Below, in pieces: positions 26,470-35,660 of a stretch of DNA of 64,000 nucleotides (positions within the stretch are counted from its first letter, which is position 1; every line of letters begins with the position of its first letter). The stretch comes from a virus (Duplodnaviria > Heunggongvirae > Uroviricota > Caudoviricetes): IMG/VR virus record IMGVR_UViG_3300017655_000275. The stretch is one strand, 5' to 3'. The notes beneath the pieces were generated by a model that had not been told where the DNA came from, did not search any database, and was given only the letters and a program-made list of their open reading frames with translations. The position numbers and the translations under genes are program-made.

Positions 26470-26979
26470 ATGTCGAACAGGACGATCAGGACAAATGGCG
26501 CGCCGAAGCCCGTGGAGAAGGCTGGGGCGGCGGCGAAAATCATGGCTGGACCCGCCTCTGCCGTCTGCCGGGACGCCTATTCCGTCGGTCCTGACGCAAG
26601 CCCTTACGATCTGCGCAATCTCGTCACTCATGGCGACATCATCGTGGAGAAGGACAGGAGTGCGAATGTCCGATCGATGTGGCTGCGCTACGAGGGCCAG
26701 GATATCCCGATGCCGAACGGCTTCGAGGATGAGCACATCAAGATCCTGCTGGAAAGCGCCGGATATATCTTCGAGGGCAGGCGGAATGTCTTTCAGCTTG
26801 CAAACAGCCTTGCCAACCTGTCGACCTCATCCGAGATGGAGAAGTCGGGCGCAAGCAACGCCAACCCCGATTGGATCGAGGACAATACGATGGCTCTCGA
26901 CGGGCTGATCTCGCAGGCACGTCAGATTACCGGAATTGAGCCGGAGCTGGATTTCGGCTCCGCTGCGCCGGGCATGTAA
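26470..26979 (+). CDS. hypothetical protein
   Basis: CAGGAAGAG SD 8 nt upstream. 169 aa. Confidence 0.45.
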   Translation: MSNRTIRTNGAPKPVEKAGAAAKIMAGPASAVCRDAYSVGPDASPYDLRNLVTHGDIIVEKDRSANVRSMWLRYEGQDIPMPNGFEDEHIKILLESAGYIFEGRRNVFQLANSLANLSTSSEMEKSGASNANPDWIEDNTMALDGLISQARQITGIEPELDFGSAAPGM

Positions 26980-26983
26980 GCGC

Positions 26984-27430
26984 ATGGACGATCTTGACAT
27001 GGATATGGATCTGAATCTCGTCGTCTACACGGGAGACATCTCCCGGCATTGGGACCCCGTTGCCGATGATGTCTGGGGTGTTGGCATCACCTGGGATATG
27101 GTCCATGCATGCCTCTCCGATGTATCGCTCAGGATCGATACGCCGGTAGGCGCCAACTCCGATGACCCGATGATCCATGCAGGCAGGATCGCCTGGCTCG
27201 CGATGAATTCCTGGCCGGACCCAGTCCAGCTCGAGTTCACCCATCAGGGGTTTCGGGTTGAGGACGGAAACCATCGGCTGGCAGCAGCCATTCTCCGTGG
27301 CGACATGTTCATCGAGGTTTCCATCGGCGGATATCTTGATATCGCTGAGGAGTTCCTGGGCAGCCGCGCTGGCTTCCGGAACGCGGATTGCAACCTGGAG
27401 GACAGCGATCATGAGCTTGAGCCCTGCTGA
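26984..27430 (+). CDS. ParB/Srx-like nuclease-domain protein
   Basis: EDGNHRLAAAILRGD resembles the ParB N-terminal DGxHRxxA motif. Start uncertain (several Met at residues 17-24 of the track ORF). Confidence 0.4.
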   Translation: MDDLDMDMDLNLVVYTGDISRHWDPVADDVWGVGITWDMVHACLSDVSLRIDTPVGANSDDPMIHAGRIAWLAMNSWPDPVQLEFTHQGFRVEDGNHRLAAAILRGDMFIEVSIGGYLDIAEEFLGSRAGFRNADCNLEDSDHELEPC

Positions 27431-28289
27431 AAAGGTTCTTGAGATCAGGACATTGATCTCCGCGATCGAGGAGCGGCATGCCATTCGTGTCATGGCGGCC
27501 GTCGAAGGGGGATCCAGAGCGCATGGATTTGCTTCACCAGACTCTGATCACGATATCAGGTTCATCTTCCGCCTGCCGCCTGAACGGCAATTCTCGCTCG
27601 TCGATGGAAAGGACCATCTCACCCTGAAGATGAAGGATCTTCCCTACGACCCTGGCTTCGAGATCGAGTTCGACGGGATCACGGTGAAGAAAGCCTTGTC
27701 CATGGCGGTCTCATCGAAGCCCGAGATCAGCGAATACGTGCGCAGGGCAGGGCAGATGGGTGTCTTCAATCATGGATACGCCGGCGATGACGGCTTCATC
27801 CGCTCCATGCTGTCCCTTTCATCCGGTCTCCAACCGCGGCCGGCGGCGCATAATTTTCGCGGCCTGGCGAAAAAGAACCACTTCCGGGACGTTGATGGTT
27901 CAGGAGCGCCCATGCTCAAGACCTACCTGCACTCGGCCAGGGCCCTGATGCTTTCCAGGTGGATCTACGACAATCACCAGCGGGCTTTCGAGTATCCACT
28001 CGATTTCGATGATCTCCTCGCACAAGCAGAGCTTCCGGGTAATGTCGCTCAGGCCATCGCTTCGGTCCTTGACTGGAAGCGGGGCGCTCTGGACAGCAAG
28101 TCCCGTTACCGGATCGAAGTGTTGGACGACTGGATCGCTTCGGAATTCGAAATTCTGGAGAGGATCATTCCATCGATCCCCGATTATCCGATGATCGATC
28201 CCGACCGTGCCACCGCAATCCTGCTTGATTGTTATGGAATCTCGCCCGAAAAGGAGCGCGAGCATGCAATCCAGCCAGGACTGATGTAA
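27411..28289 (+). CDS. Pol-beta-superfamily nucleotidyltransferase with a C-terminal helical domain
   Basis: GGSRAHGFASPDSDHDIRFIF matches [GS]x9-13DhDh. Overlaps the ParB-like gene by 20 nt. Confidence 0.5.
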   Translation: MSLSPAEKVLEIRTLISAIEERHAIRVMAAVEGGSRAHGFASPDSDHDIRFIFRLPPERQFSLVDGKDHLTLKMKDLPYDPGFEIEFDGITVKKALSMAVSSKPEISEYVRRAGQMGVFNHGYAGDDGFIRSMLSLSSGLQPRPAAHNFRGLAKKNHFRDVDGSGAPMLKTYLHSARALMLSRWIYDNHQRAFEYPLDFDDLLAQAELPGNVAQAIASVLDWKRGALDSKSRYRIEVLDDWIASEFEILERIIPSIPDYPMIDPDRATAILLDCYGISPEKEREHAIQPGLM

Positions 28290-28419
28290 AGAGCAAACCG
28301 GCATCGGTTATCCACAGAAACAGGACTGCGCCATGTAGCCGATTGCGCGAACACCTCTATTTTCCACGAGAATTCGGCCTGCAACCAGGCTGTCGACACA
28401 TGAACGATCGGGGAAAATT

Positions 28420-29064
28420 ATGACGCCAACCGGCAATCAGGCAGGCGAGAGCCAGGTAAAACTGTGTGCAAGCGGAAGTGGCTTGCCTTGCACATGCGGT
28501 TCACGGGCCCAGCAGGGCTGGTTCGACAGGACATTCTTCTTCCTGGAGCAACAATTCGAACAGGCCATCTATGCCTGCAGATGGTTGATGGCGCCGATCT
28601 ATGTCGGTCTTGGCGTGACGCTACTGATGATGCTCTATATGTTCATGAGAGAACTGTTTCACTATATCCTGATCCTGCCAGAGATGCAGGTGGCTGACCT
28701 GATCCTGGCGACACTCTCCCTCATCGACCTGTCCCTCGCGGCAAACCTGACCGTGGTGGTGCTTTTTGCGGGATACGAAAACTTCGTGTCCAAACTCCAT
28801 CTGAAGCCAGGAACCGACCGGCCGTCGTGGATGGGAAAAGTCGACTTTTCAGGGCTGAAAATGAAGCTGATCGCGTCTATGGTCGCAATCTCCGGAATTC
28901 ACCTTCTCAAGACGTTCATGTCTCTCGGCAAACCCACATCGACCGTAACCCAGGACGATCTGTTCTGGCTTGTCGTGATTCATGTGATTTTTGTTGTCTC
29001 TGGTGTTCTGCTGGCGATCATGGACTGGATCGCTCACAAGACCCCAAGCCTGAACAAGGACTGA
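28420..29064 (+). CDS. yqhA: UPF0114/YqhA-family inner-membrane protein
   Basis: LEQQFEQAIYACRWLMAPIYVGL...FAGYENFVSKL...VAISGIHLL resembles E. coli YqhA. The 40-aa N-terminal extension makes the start uncertain. Confidence 0.65.
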   Translation: MTPTGNQAGESQVKLCASGSGLPCTCGSRAQQGWFDRTFFFLEQQFEQAIYACRWLMAPIYVGLGVTLLMMLYMFMRELFHYILILPEMQVADLILATLSLIDLSLAANLTVVVLFAGYENFVSKLHLKPGTDRPSWMGKVDFSGLKMKLIASMVAISGIHLLKTFMSLGKPTSTVTQDDLFWLVVIHVIFVVSGVLLAIMDWIAHKTPSLNKD

Positions 29065-29227
29065 GTCCGCGCCTCAGGTTGATTGCGAACACGGAGCCGC
29101 TCCTTGCAGGGCGGCTTCCTCTTTTGGATCCATCCGATTGGATCGTTTTAGCGATTTTCCGTCCGGATTTTCTTGCCATCTGCTGATATTCCCTTTCAGA
29201 ACAGTTCCGCAGAAGAAAGGCCATCCC

Positions 29228-29545
29228 ATGGAAAAGAAGGATTTCGTGATTGAAGTGTCCCTCCTCGTCGACCTGGACGATCTCGATCCGGACGATCTGA
29301 ACGAGCATGGCGAATCCGCCCATGATGGCAGCTATCTTGTTACGCTGGATTGGCCGGAAGGCTGGTCGCTCGGAGACCTTATGGGCCGTTCCCTGGAGGT
29401 CTTCCATGAACAGCACGAGATCATGGAGCCATCTGATTTCAATATCCTATGCCGTCCCCGCAACAAGTTCGACCAGGATGCCGACTTCATCGTCCTTGGC
29501 GAGTTCGAAGCCAAACCTGGTGTATCTGACGATCCTCAGCCTTGA
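29228..29545 (+). CDS. hypothetical acidic protein
   Basis: Start MEKKDF with a GAAAGG SD 8 nt upstream. Confidence 0.4.
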   Translation: MEKKDFVIEVSLLVDLDDLDPDDLNEHGESAHDGSYLVTLDWPEGWSLGDLMGRSLEVFHEQHEIMEPSDFNILCRPRNKFDQDADFIVLGEFEAKPGVSDDPQP

Positions 29546-29771
29546 GGCAAGCCTGATCGCGGACGGATTCAGACGCCGGCTGGCATTCTGCCGGGAAACA
29601 CGGAATGAGCATATGCGTTCTCAGGCGTGCTGTCGGATATAATTATGTGCGAAAATGTATAAACTGGCAATCAAGGGGACCGAACTTGTCTCAAAGAACA
29701 GATCTGCCACGCTGGCTTTGAATGATAGCCTGGGTCCAGTTTCAAGATTGTTCAGTTACCCAGTCGAGTTC

Positions 29772-29802
29772 ACTCCATCCTACGGGATGGAGTTTTCGTT
29801 TC
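29772..29802 (+). terminator. Rho-independent terminator (may end a small transcript that begins near the GTGCGAAAA motif at 29647)
   Basis: 9-bp stem (actccatcc / ggatggagt), loop tacg, then TTTTCGTTTC. Confidence 0.5.
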
Positions 29803-29901
29803 GGCCATCGCCAATCGCCTTTGGTATCTGCGACACCTGTATTTTTCTCACGGTGTGAATAGATTTCCTGTGCTCCAGAACCTCAGGACAAGGGACGCAC
29901 C

Positions 29902-30291
29902 ATGAAAGTCTATGCACCTCCGGCAGACGTCACCTTCTCCGAAGTCGACTATCTGAACTACGATCGCGAGCGCGAGATCGCACGCGAGGCCGAGAACAAC
30001 GAGATGGTGCGGGCCTGGCTGAAAGAGCAGGGCTTCATCGGCAAGCACAGCGGAAAGATCATGTCATTGCCGTTCGCGGATGGACATGCTCAATACATGC
30101 TCGCCGATGGCAAGCCTGGGACGGCATCCTTCCTCGTCCACCTTCCGCATGGCGATGCCTACCACAATCCTCTGGCCAGCGGACTGACCAAGAAGGCTGT
30201 GATCGATGAGATCATCCGGGGTGAAAAACTCGCAGAAATCTTCGCGAAGCCGAAAGACGACCCTGATGCAGATGCCGGGATGGAGCCCTGA
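29902..30291 (+). CDS. hypothetical protein
   Basis: AAGGGA SD. 129 aa. Confidence 0.45.
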   Translation: MKVYAPPADVTFSEVDYLNYDREREIAREAENNEMVRAWLKEQGFIGKHSGKIMSLPFADGHAQYMLADGKPGTASFLVHLPHGDAYHNPLASGLTKKAVIDEIIRGEKLAEIFAKPKDDPDADAGMEP

Positions 30292-30294
30292 TCC

Positions 30295-31305
30295 ATGCTG
30301 AAGAATATCTCCGAGGCGATCGCAAGCTACAGGACGCCGGACCCTAAAGGGGAGATCGCCGAGGGCGTCCGTATTGACGGGTCGATCCTCAGCGCCGAGC
30401 AGATCGACGCCATGATGGGCCATGGAGAACATTGGAACCACCCGAGGTTCTCCGTATGGGCCCGAAGCAATGACAAGCGCTGGGATGCCGTCGATCTCTA
30501 TCGGGATGAAGAGCTTCTTTCTACGACCTACCGGACGAAGACCGGTTCGAAGAGTTTTACGATCACCATCGCGGAACTGGCCCAGGATATGGACCGTATC
30601 GAAACCATCTTCCAGGCTGCCGCGGAATTCTGCCTCCAGCGGGACGCCAGGATCCGGAGCCGTGCCGAGATACTGGAAGCCGATGTCATGTCGGCATTCA
30701 AATCGATCGGTATCGCTGTGCCGCGCCGCGCCATGGATGACGATCTCGAAATCATGCTCGATGGTGGCTATTTCGAGTTCAGCAATACCGCAGCGCGGAG
30801 TCGAAAGCTCCCCGCCGGGTTCACGCTCGTGACCGACCAGGCTGCCGAAAATGGCTCCCCTGGGGTCTTCGATCCTCTTGGGGGATACATCGCCGACCAC
30901 CGGTTGAGCTACATGGGTAAGGAGCTTCTCCACGTTCAGGTGTGGCATATCACTGAAAAGGTCAGCACTCAGGTCAACGAGATCGCCTGGGGTATGAAGG
31001 AGGTGCTCTTCGGCATGGTCATGAATGAATTCGACCATGTGAAATCCCTGGAGAGGAACAGGATCATCGAAGATCTGTCGCGGGAAAGTCTTGATAGGGA
31101 GGAATCCCTCGACGGAATCTGGCAGGATCTTCTGCCGGAAATACAACCCGGCAAGGCATCAGGGTCCACCGGCGCACAGGATGCAGCGGAGGGCTGGGTC
31201 GCCTGGGCGGAGATACTCGAAAGAACTGGAGATGGGGAAGCAGAGCCGGATCCTGTTAAGGACGACTGGTCTCAGGAAGACAAAGCTCCTGAGATGGTCA
31301 TGTAG
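30295..31305 (+). CDS. hypothetical protein
   Basis: Starts 4 nt after the upstream stop. 336 aa. The antisense 360-aa ORF was rejected. Confidence 0.45.
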   Translation: MLKNISEAIASYRTPDPKGEIAEGVRIDGSILSAEQIDAMMGHGEHWNHPRFSVWARSNDKRWDAVDLYRDEELLSTTYRTKTGSKSFTITIAELAQDMDRIETIFQAAAEFCLQRDARIRSRAEILEADVMSAFKSIGIAVPRRAMDDDLEIMLDGGYFEFSNTAARSRKLPAGFTLVTDQAAENGSPGVFDPLGGYIADHRLSYMGKELLHVQVWHITEKVSTQVNEIAWGMKEVLFGMVMNEFDHVKSLERNRIIEDLSRESLDREESLDGIWQDLLPEIQPGKASGSTGAQDAAEGWVAWAEILERTGDGEAEPDPVKDDWSQEDKAPEMVM

Positions 31306-31345
31306 TTTCACCGCTTGTCACGATTAAATTTATCGCTTACTCTGC

Positions 31346-31354
31346 ATGCGAAAA
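31346..31354 (+). promoter_or_regulatory. ATGCGAAAA motif instance (25 nt upstream of the ATG at 31371)
   Basis: One member of the recurrent motif family. Confidence 0.3.
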
Positions 31355-31370
31355 TGCGGAGTAACCAGCT

Positions 31371-31763
31371 ATGACCGATACCATTCAGTCCGTGAAGGCC
31401 TTCGTGAGGAGCTTCCTTCATCGAAGCTGCAAACCGGTTCCGGCGATGCGAGCTGGTAGCGGGAAGGTTCATCTTGAAGTATGGGAGACCGCGAGCGGAC
31501 GGACCAGGCCAGTCGGTGTCGAATTCGATCACGATGGTGTCGTCAATCTCTGGCTGGTCACCATGCATGTTTCGGCCGATCTGCCAAATACGGTTCTGCG
31601 TGCCGACAAGATGCCGGCGGGGCGGAAATGGACTGACGTCCATGGCGATGGCGCCAATAGCAATCTGAGCGCATATGAACAGTTCCGCACCAAGAAGATC
31701 ACGCGCCTTGGTGTTAAGAGCATCGCGGATGCCGAACTGGTTCTCGACCGGCTTGCAAATTAG
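31371..31763 (+). CDS. hypothetical protein
   Basis: ATGCGAAAA motif 25 nt upstream. 130 aa. Confidence 0.4.
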   Translation: MTDTIQSVKAFVRSFLHRSCKPVPAMRAGSGKVHLEVWETASGRTRPVGVEFDHDGVVNLWLVTMHVSADLPNTVLRADKMPAGRKWTDVHGDGANSNLSAYEQFRTKKITRLGVKSIADAELVLDRLAN

Positions 31764-31810
31764 CCTTTTCAGGCCCTCCGGTCACGTAGATGCGAATAAA
31801 GGAAGACCAA

Positions 31811-32920
31811 ATGCCTGACGTTGCCCTTGACCATACCGTCACCGAAGCGCTGTTTTGCAACGCTCCCGTCGCCATCGGCGTTTCGGGCGGCAAGGACAGC
31901 CAGGCGGCAGCCATCGCGACGATCGCCTATCTCGACACGATCGGACATTCCGGACCGCGCATCCTGATCCATTCCGACCTGGGTTCTGTCGAATGGAACG
32001 CGTCCCTCGATGTCTGTGAGGAAATGTCGAAGCATTTCGGACTTGAGCTCGTCGTCGTCGCCCGCAAAGCGGGCGGCCTCATGGAACGATGGGAGTCGCG
32101 TTGGGCTTCGAGCGTCAGCCGCTACGAGGCGCTGGAAACGGTGACACTTGTGCCATGCTGGTCGACGCCCTCCATGCGATTTTGCACGAGCGAGATGAAG
32201 ACCCATATCATCACCGCGGAACTCAAGCGCCGCTTCCCGGGCGAGACTGTCGTCAACGTAACCGGCGTGCGTCGCGAGGAAAGCGCACAGCGGGCAAAGC
32301 AGCCCGTCTCAGATAAAAAGGGTGCCCTGATCAACTGGCGGCCGATCATCGACTGGACCATTGAGGAAGTGTTTGCAGCAATCGACGCCAGCGGCATGAC
32401 CCCGCATGTCGCCTATCGAGGCTTCGGTATGACCCGGGTATCCTGCCGGTTCTGCATCATGTCCAGCATGCCTGATCTGGTCGCCGCGGCCGCCCAGGAA
32501 GAAAGCCGTGATCTCTACCTGCGAATGGTAGCGCTGGAAGCCGTAAGCAGCTTCGCCTTCCAGGGATCGCGCTGGCTTGGGGATGTGGCGCCTCACCTCA
32601 TCCAGGGGCAACTTGCCGATGCTCTCGCTGCAGGCAAGGCCAGGGCGGAATCCCGCAGGAAGATCGAGGCGACCATCCCGCAAGAACTGCTCTATGTCAG
32701 CGGCTGGCCCACACGCATGCCGACCCAGGATGAGGCTGATCTGTTGGCAGGCGTGCGGAGCCAGATAAACGATCTGTTCTCCTTTGATGCGAAATACCTG
32801 GATGCCCAAGGTGTGACCGAGCGCTATGCCGAACTCATCTCCCTGAAGAACGCACGCGATGCCAGGAAGGTGGATCAGGCGCTGAAGCGGCAGGCACGAC
32901 TGGAAAGGATCGCCGCATGA
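31811..32920 (+). CDS. PAPS-reductase-family PP-loop ATP pyrophosphatase (DndC/CysH-like fold)
   Basis: VAIGVSGGKDSQAAAIA contains the SGGxDS PP-loop. CRFC Cys pair. AAGGAAG SD before MPDVAL. Confidence 0.6.
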   Translation: MPDVALDHTVTEALFCNAPVAIGVSGGKDSQAAAIATIAYLDTIGHSGPRILIHSDLGSVEWNASLDVCEEMSKHFGLELVVVARKAGGLMERWESRWASSVSRYEALETVTLVPCWSTPSMRFCTSEMKTHIITAELKRRFPGETVVNVTGVRREESAQRAKQPVSDKKGALINWRPIIDWTIEEVFAAIDASGMTPHVAYRGFGMTRVSCRFCIMSSMPDLVAAAAQEESRDLYLRMVALEAVSSFAFQGSRWLGDVAPHLIQGQLADALAAGKARAESRRKIEATIPQELLYVSGWPTRMPTQDEADLLAGVRSQINDLFSFDAKYLDAQGVTERYAELISLKNARDARKVDQALKRQARLERIAA

Positions 32921-33555
32921 ATGGGATCGACTTCTCCCAAAGTGCCTGCTGGTATGACGACAATGCGGCCAGCTTCATCTCCGGTGCAGATCCTCTGGAT
33001 ACCGGCCCCGACATGCGGCGGTTCCTTGATCTGCTGCCGGTCAAGGTCTCACCGAGGATCCTCGATATCGGCTGCGGATCAGGGCGTGATCTCGAGGCCT
33101 TCCAGGCTTTGGGATGCCGTATCGGCGGGATCGATCCGAGCGCGGCCATGATCGGGAACTGCCGGGCACGCCTGAAAGGGGAGGTGATGCTCGAGCAGAC
33201 CGACCTGGGCGGTCTGTTCATGCCTCCCGCCTCCTGGGATGGCGTCTGGGCCATGGCCAGCCTGCTTCATATTCCACTGTCCGGACAGGAGCAGGCCTGG
33301 TGCACGATTGCGCACCATCTGGCCCCTGGCGGAGCAGCCATGGCTTGGGTGAAGGCGCCAAAGGATGTCGATGCCCGCGAGTTTATGGATGAGCGGGGGC
33401 GGCCGATGTGCCATTACGGATCCGAAACCGCCCTGCTCCTGACCGAGCGGGCATCGATGCGATATCAGGCATCCGTCACTGTGGACAGGATCGTCAGGCT
33501 GGATTCCCGCGGCGATGAGACCATTTGGACAGAAATTCTCATGCAGCGGAGATGA
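32917..33555 (+). CDS. class I SAM-dependent methyltransferase
   Basis: ILDIGCGSGRDL (motif I). ATGA overlap with the PAPS-reductase-like gene. Confidence 0.65.
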   Translation: MNGIDFSQSACWYDDNAASFISGADPLDTGPDMRRFLDLLPVKVSPRILDIGCGSGRDLEAFQALGCRIGGIDPSAAMIGNCRARLKGEVMLEQTDLGGLFMPPASWDGVWAMASLLHIPLSGQEQAWCTIAHHLAPGGAAMAWVKAPKDVDAREFMDERGRPMCHYGSETALLLTERASMRYQASVTVDRIVRLDSRGDETIWTEILMQRR

Positions 33556-33660
33556 AGAAAAGGCGCGTTATCGGAGTTCCGAGAAGCGCATCTGGCCGTT
33601 GAAAATCGTACAATCTTCGGCAATATTGCTGGAAATAAATCCAACCATAAGGAGAATCGG

Positions 33661-33885
33661 ATGTTGGGACTGCTGATTGGTATCGTGATGGTCGTCGTCG
33701 GTGGGTATATGGTCATCAAGGTGCAGAAAAGGAATTTCGAGCGCACGAATGGTGCCGGTGTGCTCGAATTCGACAACTTCAAACAATCCTACTGGTTTGG
33801 TGTCGGAAACCGCTTCATGAACGCCGTCGGTTACGTTCTCCTGGTGATCGGGCTCTTCACCACTTTCATCTCGCTGGCTACCTGA
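33661..33885 (+). CDS. small membrane protein (two TM helices)
   Basis: AAGGAG SD 7 nt upstream. Hydrophobic LLIGIVMVVVGGYMVI and VGYVLLVIGLFTTFI. Confidence 0.55.
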   Translation: MLGLLIGIVMVVVGGYMVIKVQKRNFERTNGAGVLEFDNFKQSYWFGVGNRFMNAVGYVLLVIGLFTTFISLAT

Positions 33886-33937
33886 ACCTTCTGATCCGCC
33901 CAAAGGCAGGTTCGATTGATCGGGCCTGCGGACACCA

Positions 33938-33974
33938 TCCATTCGCCTGCAGCCATGTGCACCGCGCATGGCTG
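33938..33974. repeat. perfect 14-bp inverted repeat with a 9-nt loop (cgcctgcagccatg...catggctgcaggcg)
   Basis: Read directly from the sequence. No U-tract on either side, so it is not a terminator. Confidence 0.6.
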
Positions 33975-34031
33975 CAGGCGAAAAGAGTAATTTATGCAGC
34001 GGTGCAGGATCTCGTTCCTATATCACTCGGT

Positions 34032-34502
34032 ATGGAACATTATTCGATCAAGGATCTGAGCGGAGAGCATTTCTGCGAAAGGCTTCTCAGAGAGCACTTT
34101 TCCGATCTGGACAGTGAAGGTCTGGTTGCGCGTTTCCTGGCGCGGATCAAGCCAGAAGTCATGGCGTGCCGGATCGCGAAAAGCAATCCGGTCGTGAGGC
34201 TTGCCGTTTTCAATGGCGGGCGGATCGTCGGTCTTCTTGATGCTTATAAGCTCGGCAATCTCGATATCGAGATCGGGATCTCTGTTACCAAGGATATGCA
34301 GGGCAGGGGGATCGGCCGGACGCTTCTCGCACAAGCCCTGTCGGATGCCAGGCTGTCCGGTTCCAGAAAGGTCATCCTGCTGATGTCCTGCGACAATATG
34401 AAGATGCGAGGCCTGGCTCAGAGGCTTGGGGCGGCATTCCAGCGTCTGGACGGTATGCTTGCTGCCATGTTCGCTCCGGGCTGCTCGACGGCCGCGACCT
34501 GA
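34032..34502 (+). CDS. GNAT-family N-acetyltransferase
   Basis: QGRGIGRTLLAQAL (motif A). Start moved to MEHYSIK because the track start lies inside the inverted repeat. Confidence 0.5.
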   Translation: MEHYSIKDLSGEHFCERLLREHFSDLDSEGLVARFLARIKPEVMACRIAKSNPVVRLAVFNGGRIVGLLDAYKLGNLDIEIGISVTKDMQGRGIGRTLLAQALSDARLSGSRKVILLMSCDNMKMRGLAQRLGAAFQRLDGMLAAMFAPGCSTAAT

Positions 34503-34598
34503 TACTCCGTTGCCGAGGAGCTTCTCACCATCGCCGAGGAGCATGCCTGAGCAGCTCCTTGGCGATGGCCATGGTCATAATCATGGCTCCAGGATGTA

Positions 34599-35654
34599 TT
34601 ATCCGATCTCCGGATGCCTGAACAAGCCGCCTTGCCATTCCTCCATTGATACGGGTGGACGCTTGACCGAGAGGGCGACACCCTCAAGGGAGATTGTCCG
34701 GGCGCCCTCAGTCAGGAATGCGCAGGGATCTGCAAAGGTCATGCCGGCGGGCCCGCCCTCCAGAAATAAGACCTCCCCCTTGGCAGAAAGCAGGAAGTCC
34801 AGCGTAAAGTCCTGGCGATCCCATCCCTCCTTGCCGGCGGTGTCGCTTCCAGGAGCGATGCGCTTGTTGCCTATGCCGAGACCCAGGTTCTGCATGGCAT
34901 CCAGCATGGCTTGTGCAGAGGACAGCGCACCATCAACCGCCTTGCGAATGGTTGCCTCTGGAATGGCGCCGCTGTCACCCATCCCCATTTGCCGGTAGTA
35001 GTTGGCCAGGCCGGAGATCTGTCCATCCCGAATAAAAACGCGAAATTCGATCGGCCAATTGCCATCGGCACCATCGAACTGGCCGCTCTCCTTCATCGGC
35101 GGGATATAGGGACGGACGAAAGCCCTGATTTCGGCCGATCCCAGATCTCTCAGCGTCGAGTAGAAGCGCTCATCGTATATCTCGGGGAACATCTTCCCGT
35201 CGACACCGCGGATCAGACCGTTAGAGATTTCCCCTCCATCCGAAAGACTTGCCTTCACATCTCCAGGCGCCACCTGTTCGAACCGAAGTATCTCACCTTC
35301 CTTCAGATTTTCGACGATTTCGTCGGAAAACGCATCGATTCCGCTGCCATCACTCAGCGCGTCCATCACAAGAAAATATTCTGTCGCGCACGTCGTTGCG
35401 ATCTGCCTGGCCGGGATCGATGGGACACCTGCATGATCGGCGATGGCAAGCCAGGCGGTCAGGCTGATGACGTTGAACCTGGCCGGCTCAGCGTCTCTTT
35501 CACGGCATGAGATCTCTTCCGAGCTGATGAGATGATCTTCGCTCCATTTCACGCCGGCAGCAATCTCTTCACGGATTTCCTTCTCGCGCTCTTTCGGAGG
35601 TTTTGGCTCCGGAAAGTTCATCGCTCCGAAAACGGTTGAAAGAGCATACACCAT
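34599..35654 (-). CDS. hypothetical protein
   Basis: 351-aa ORF. No recognised motif. Confidence 0.45.
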   Translation of the reverse strand: MVYALSTVFGAMNFPEPKPPKEREKEIREEIAAGVKWSEDHLISSEEISCRERDAEPARFNVISLTAWLAIADHAGVPSIPARQIATTCATEYFLVMDALSDGSGIDAFSDEIVENLKEGEILRFEQVAPGDVKASLSDGGEISNGLIRGVDGKMFPEIYDERFYSTLRDLGSAEIRAFVRPYIPPMKESGQFDGADGNWPIEFRVFIRDGQISGLANYYRQMGMGDSGAIPEATIRKAVDGALSSAQAMLDAMQNLGLGIGNKRIAPGSDTAGKEGWDRQDFTLDFLLSAKGEVLFLEGGPAGMTFADPCAFLTEGARTISLEGVALSVKRPPVSMEEWQGGLFRHPEIG

Positions 35655-35660
35655 TGCTCA

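Noticed and set aside
30064-31146. 360-aa minus-strand ORF
   Set aside because: It is antisense to the SD-supported plus genes 29902-30291 and 30295-31305, which lie in a long plus-strand operon.
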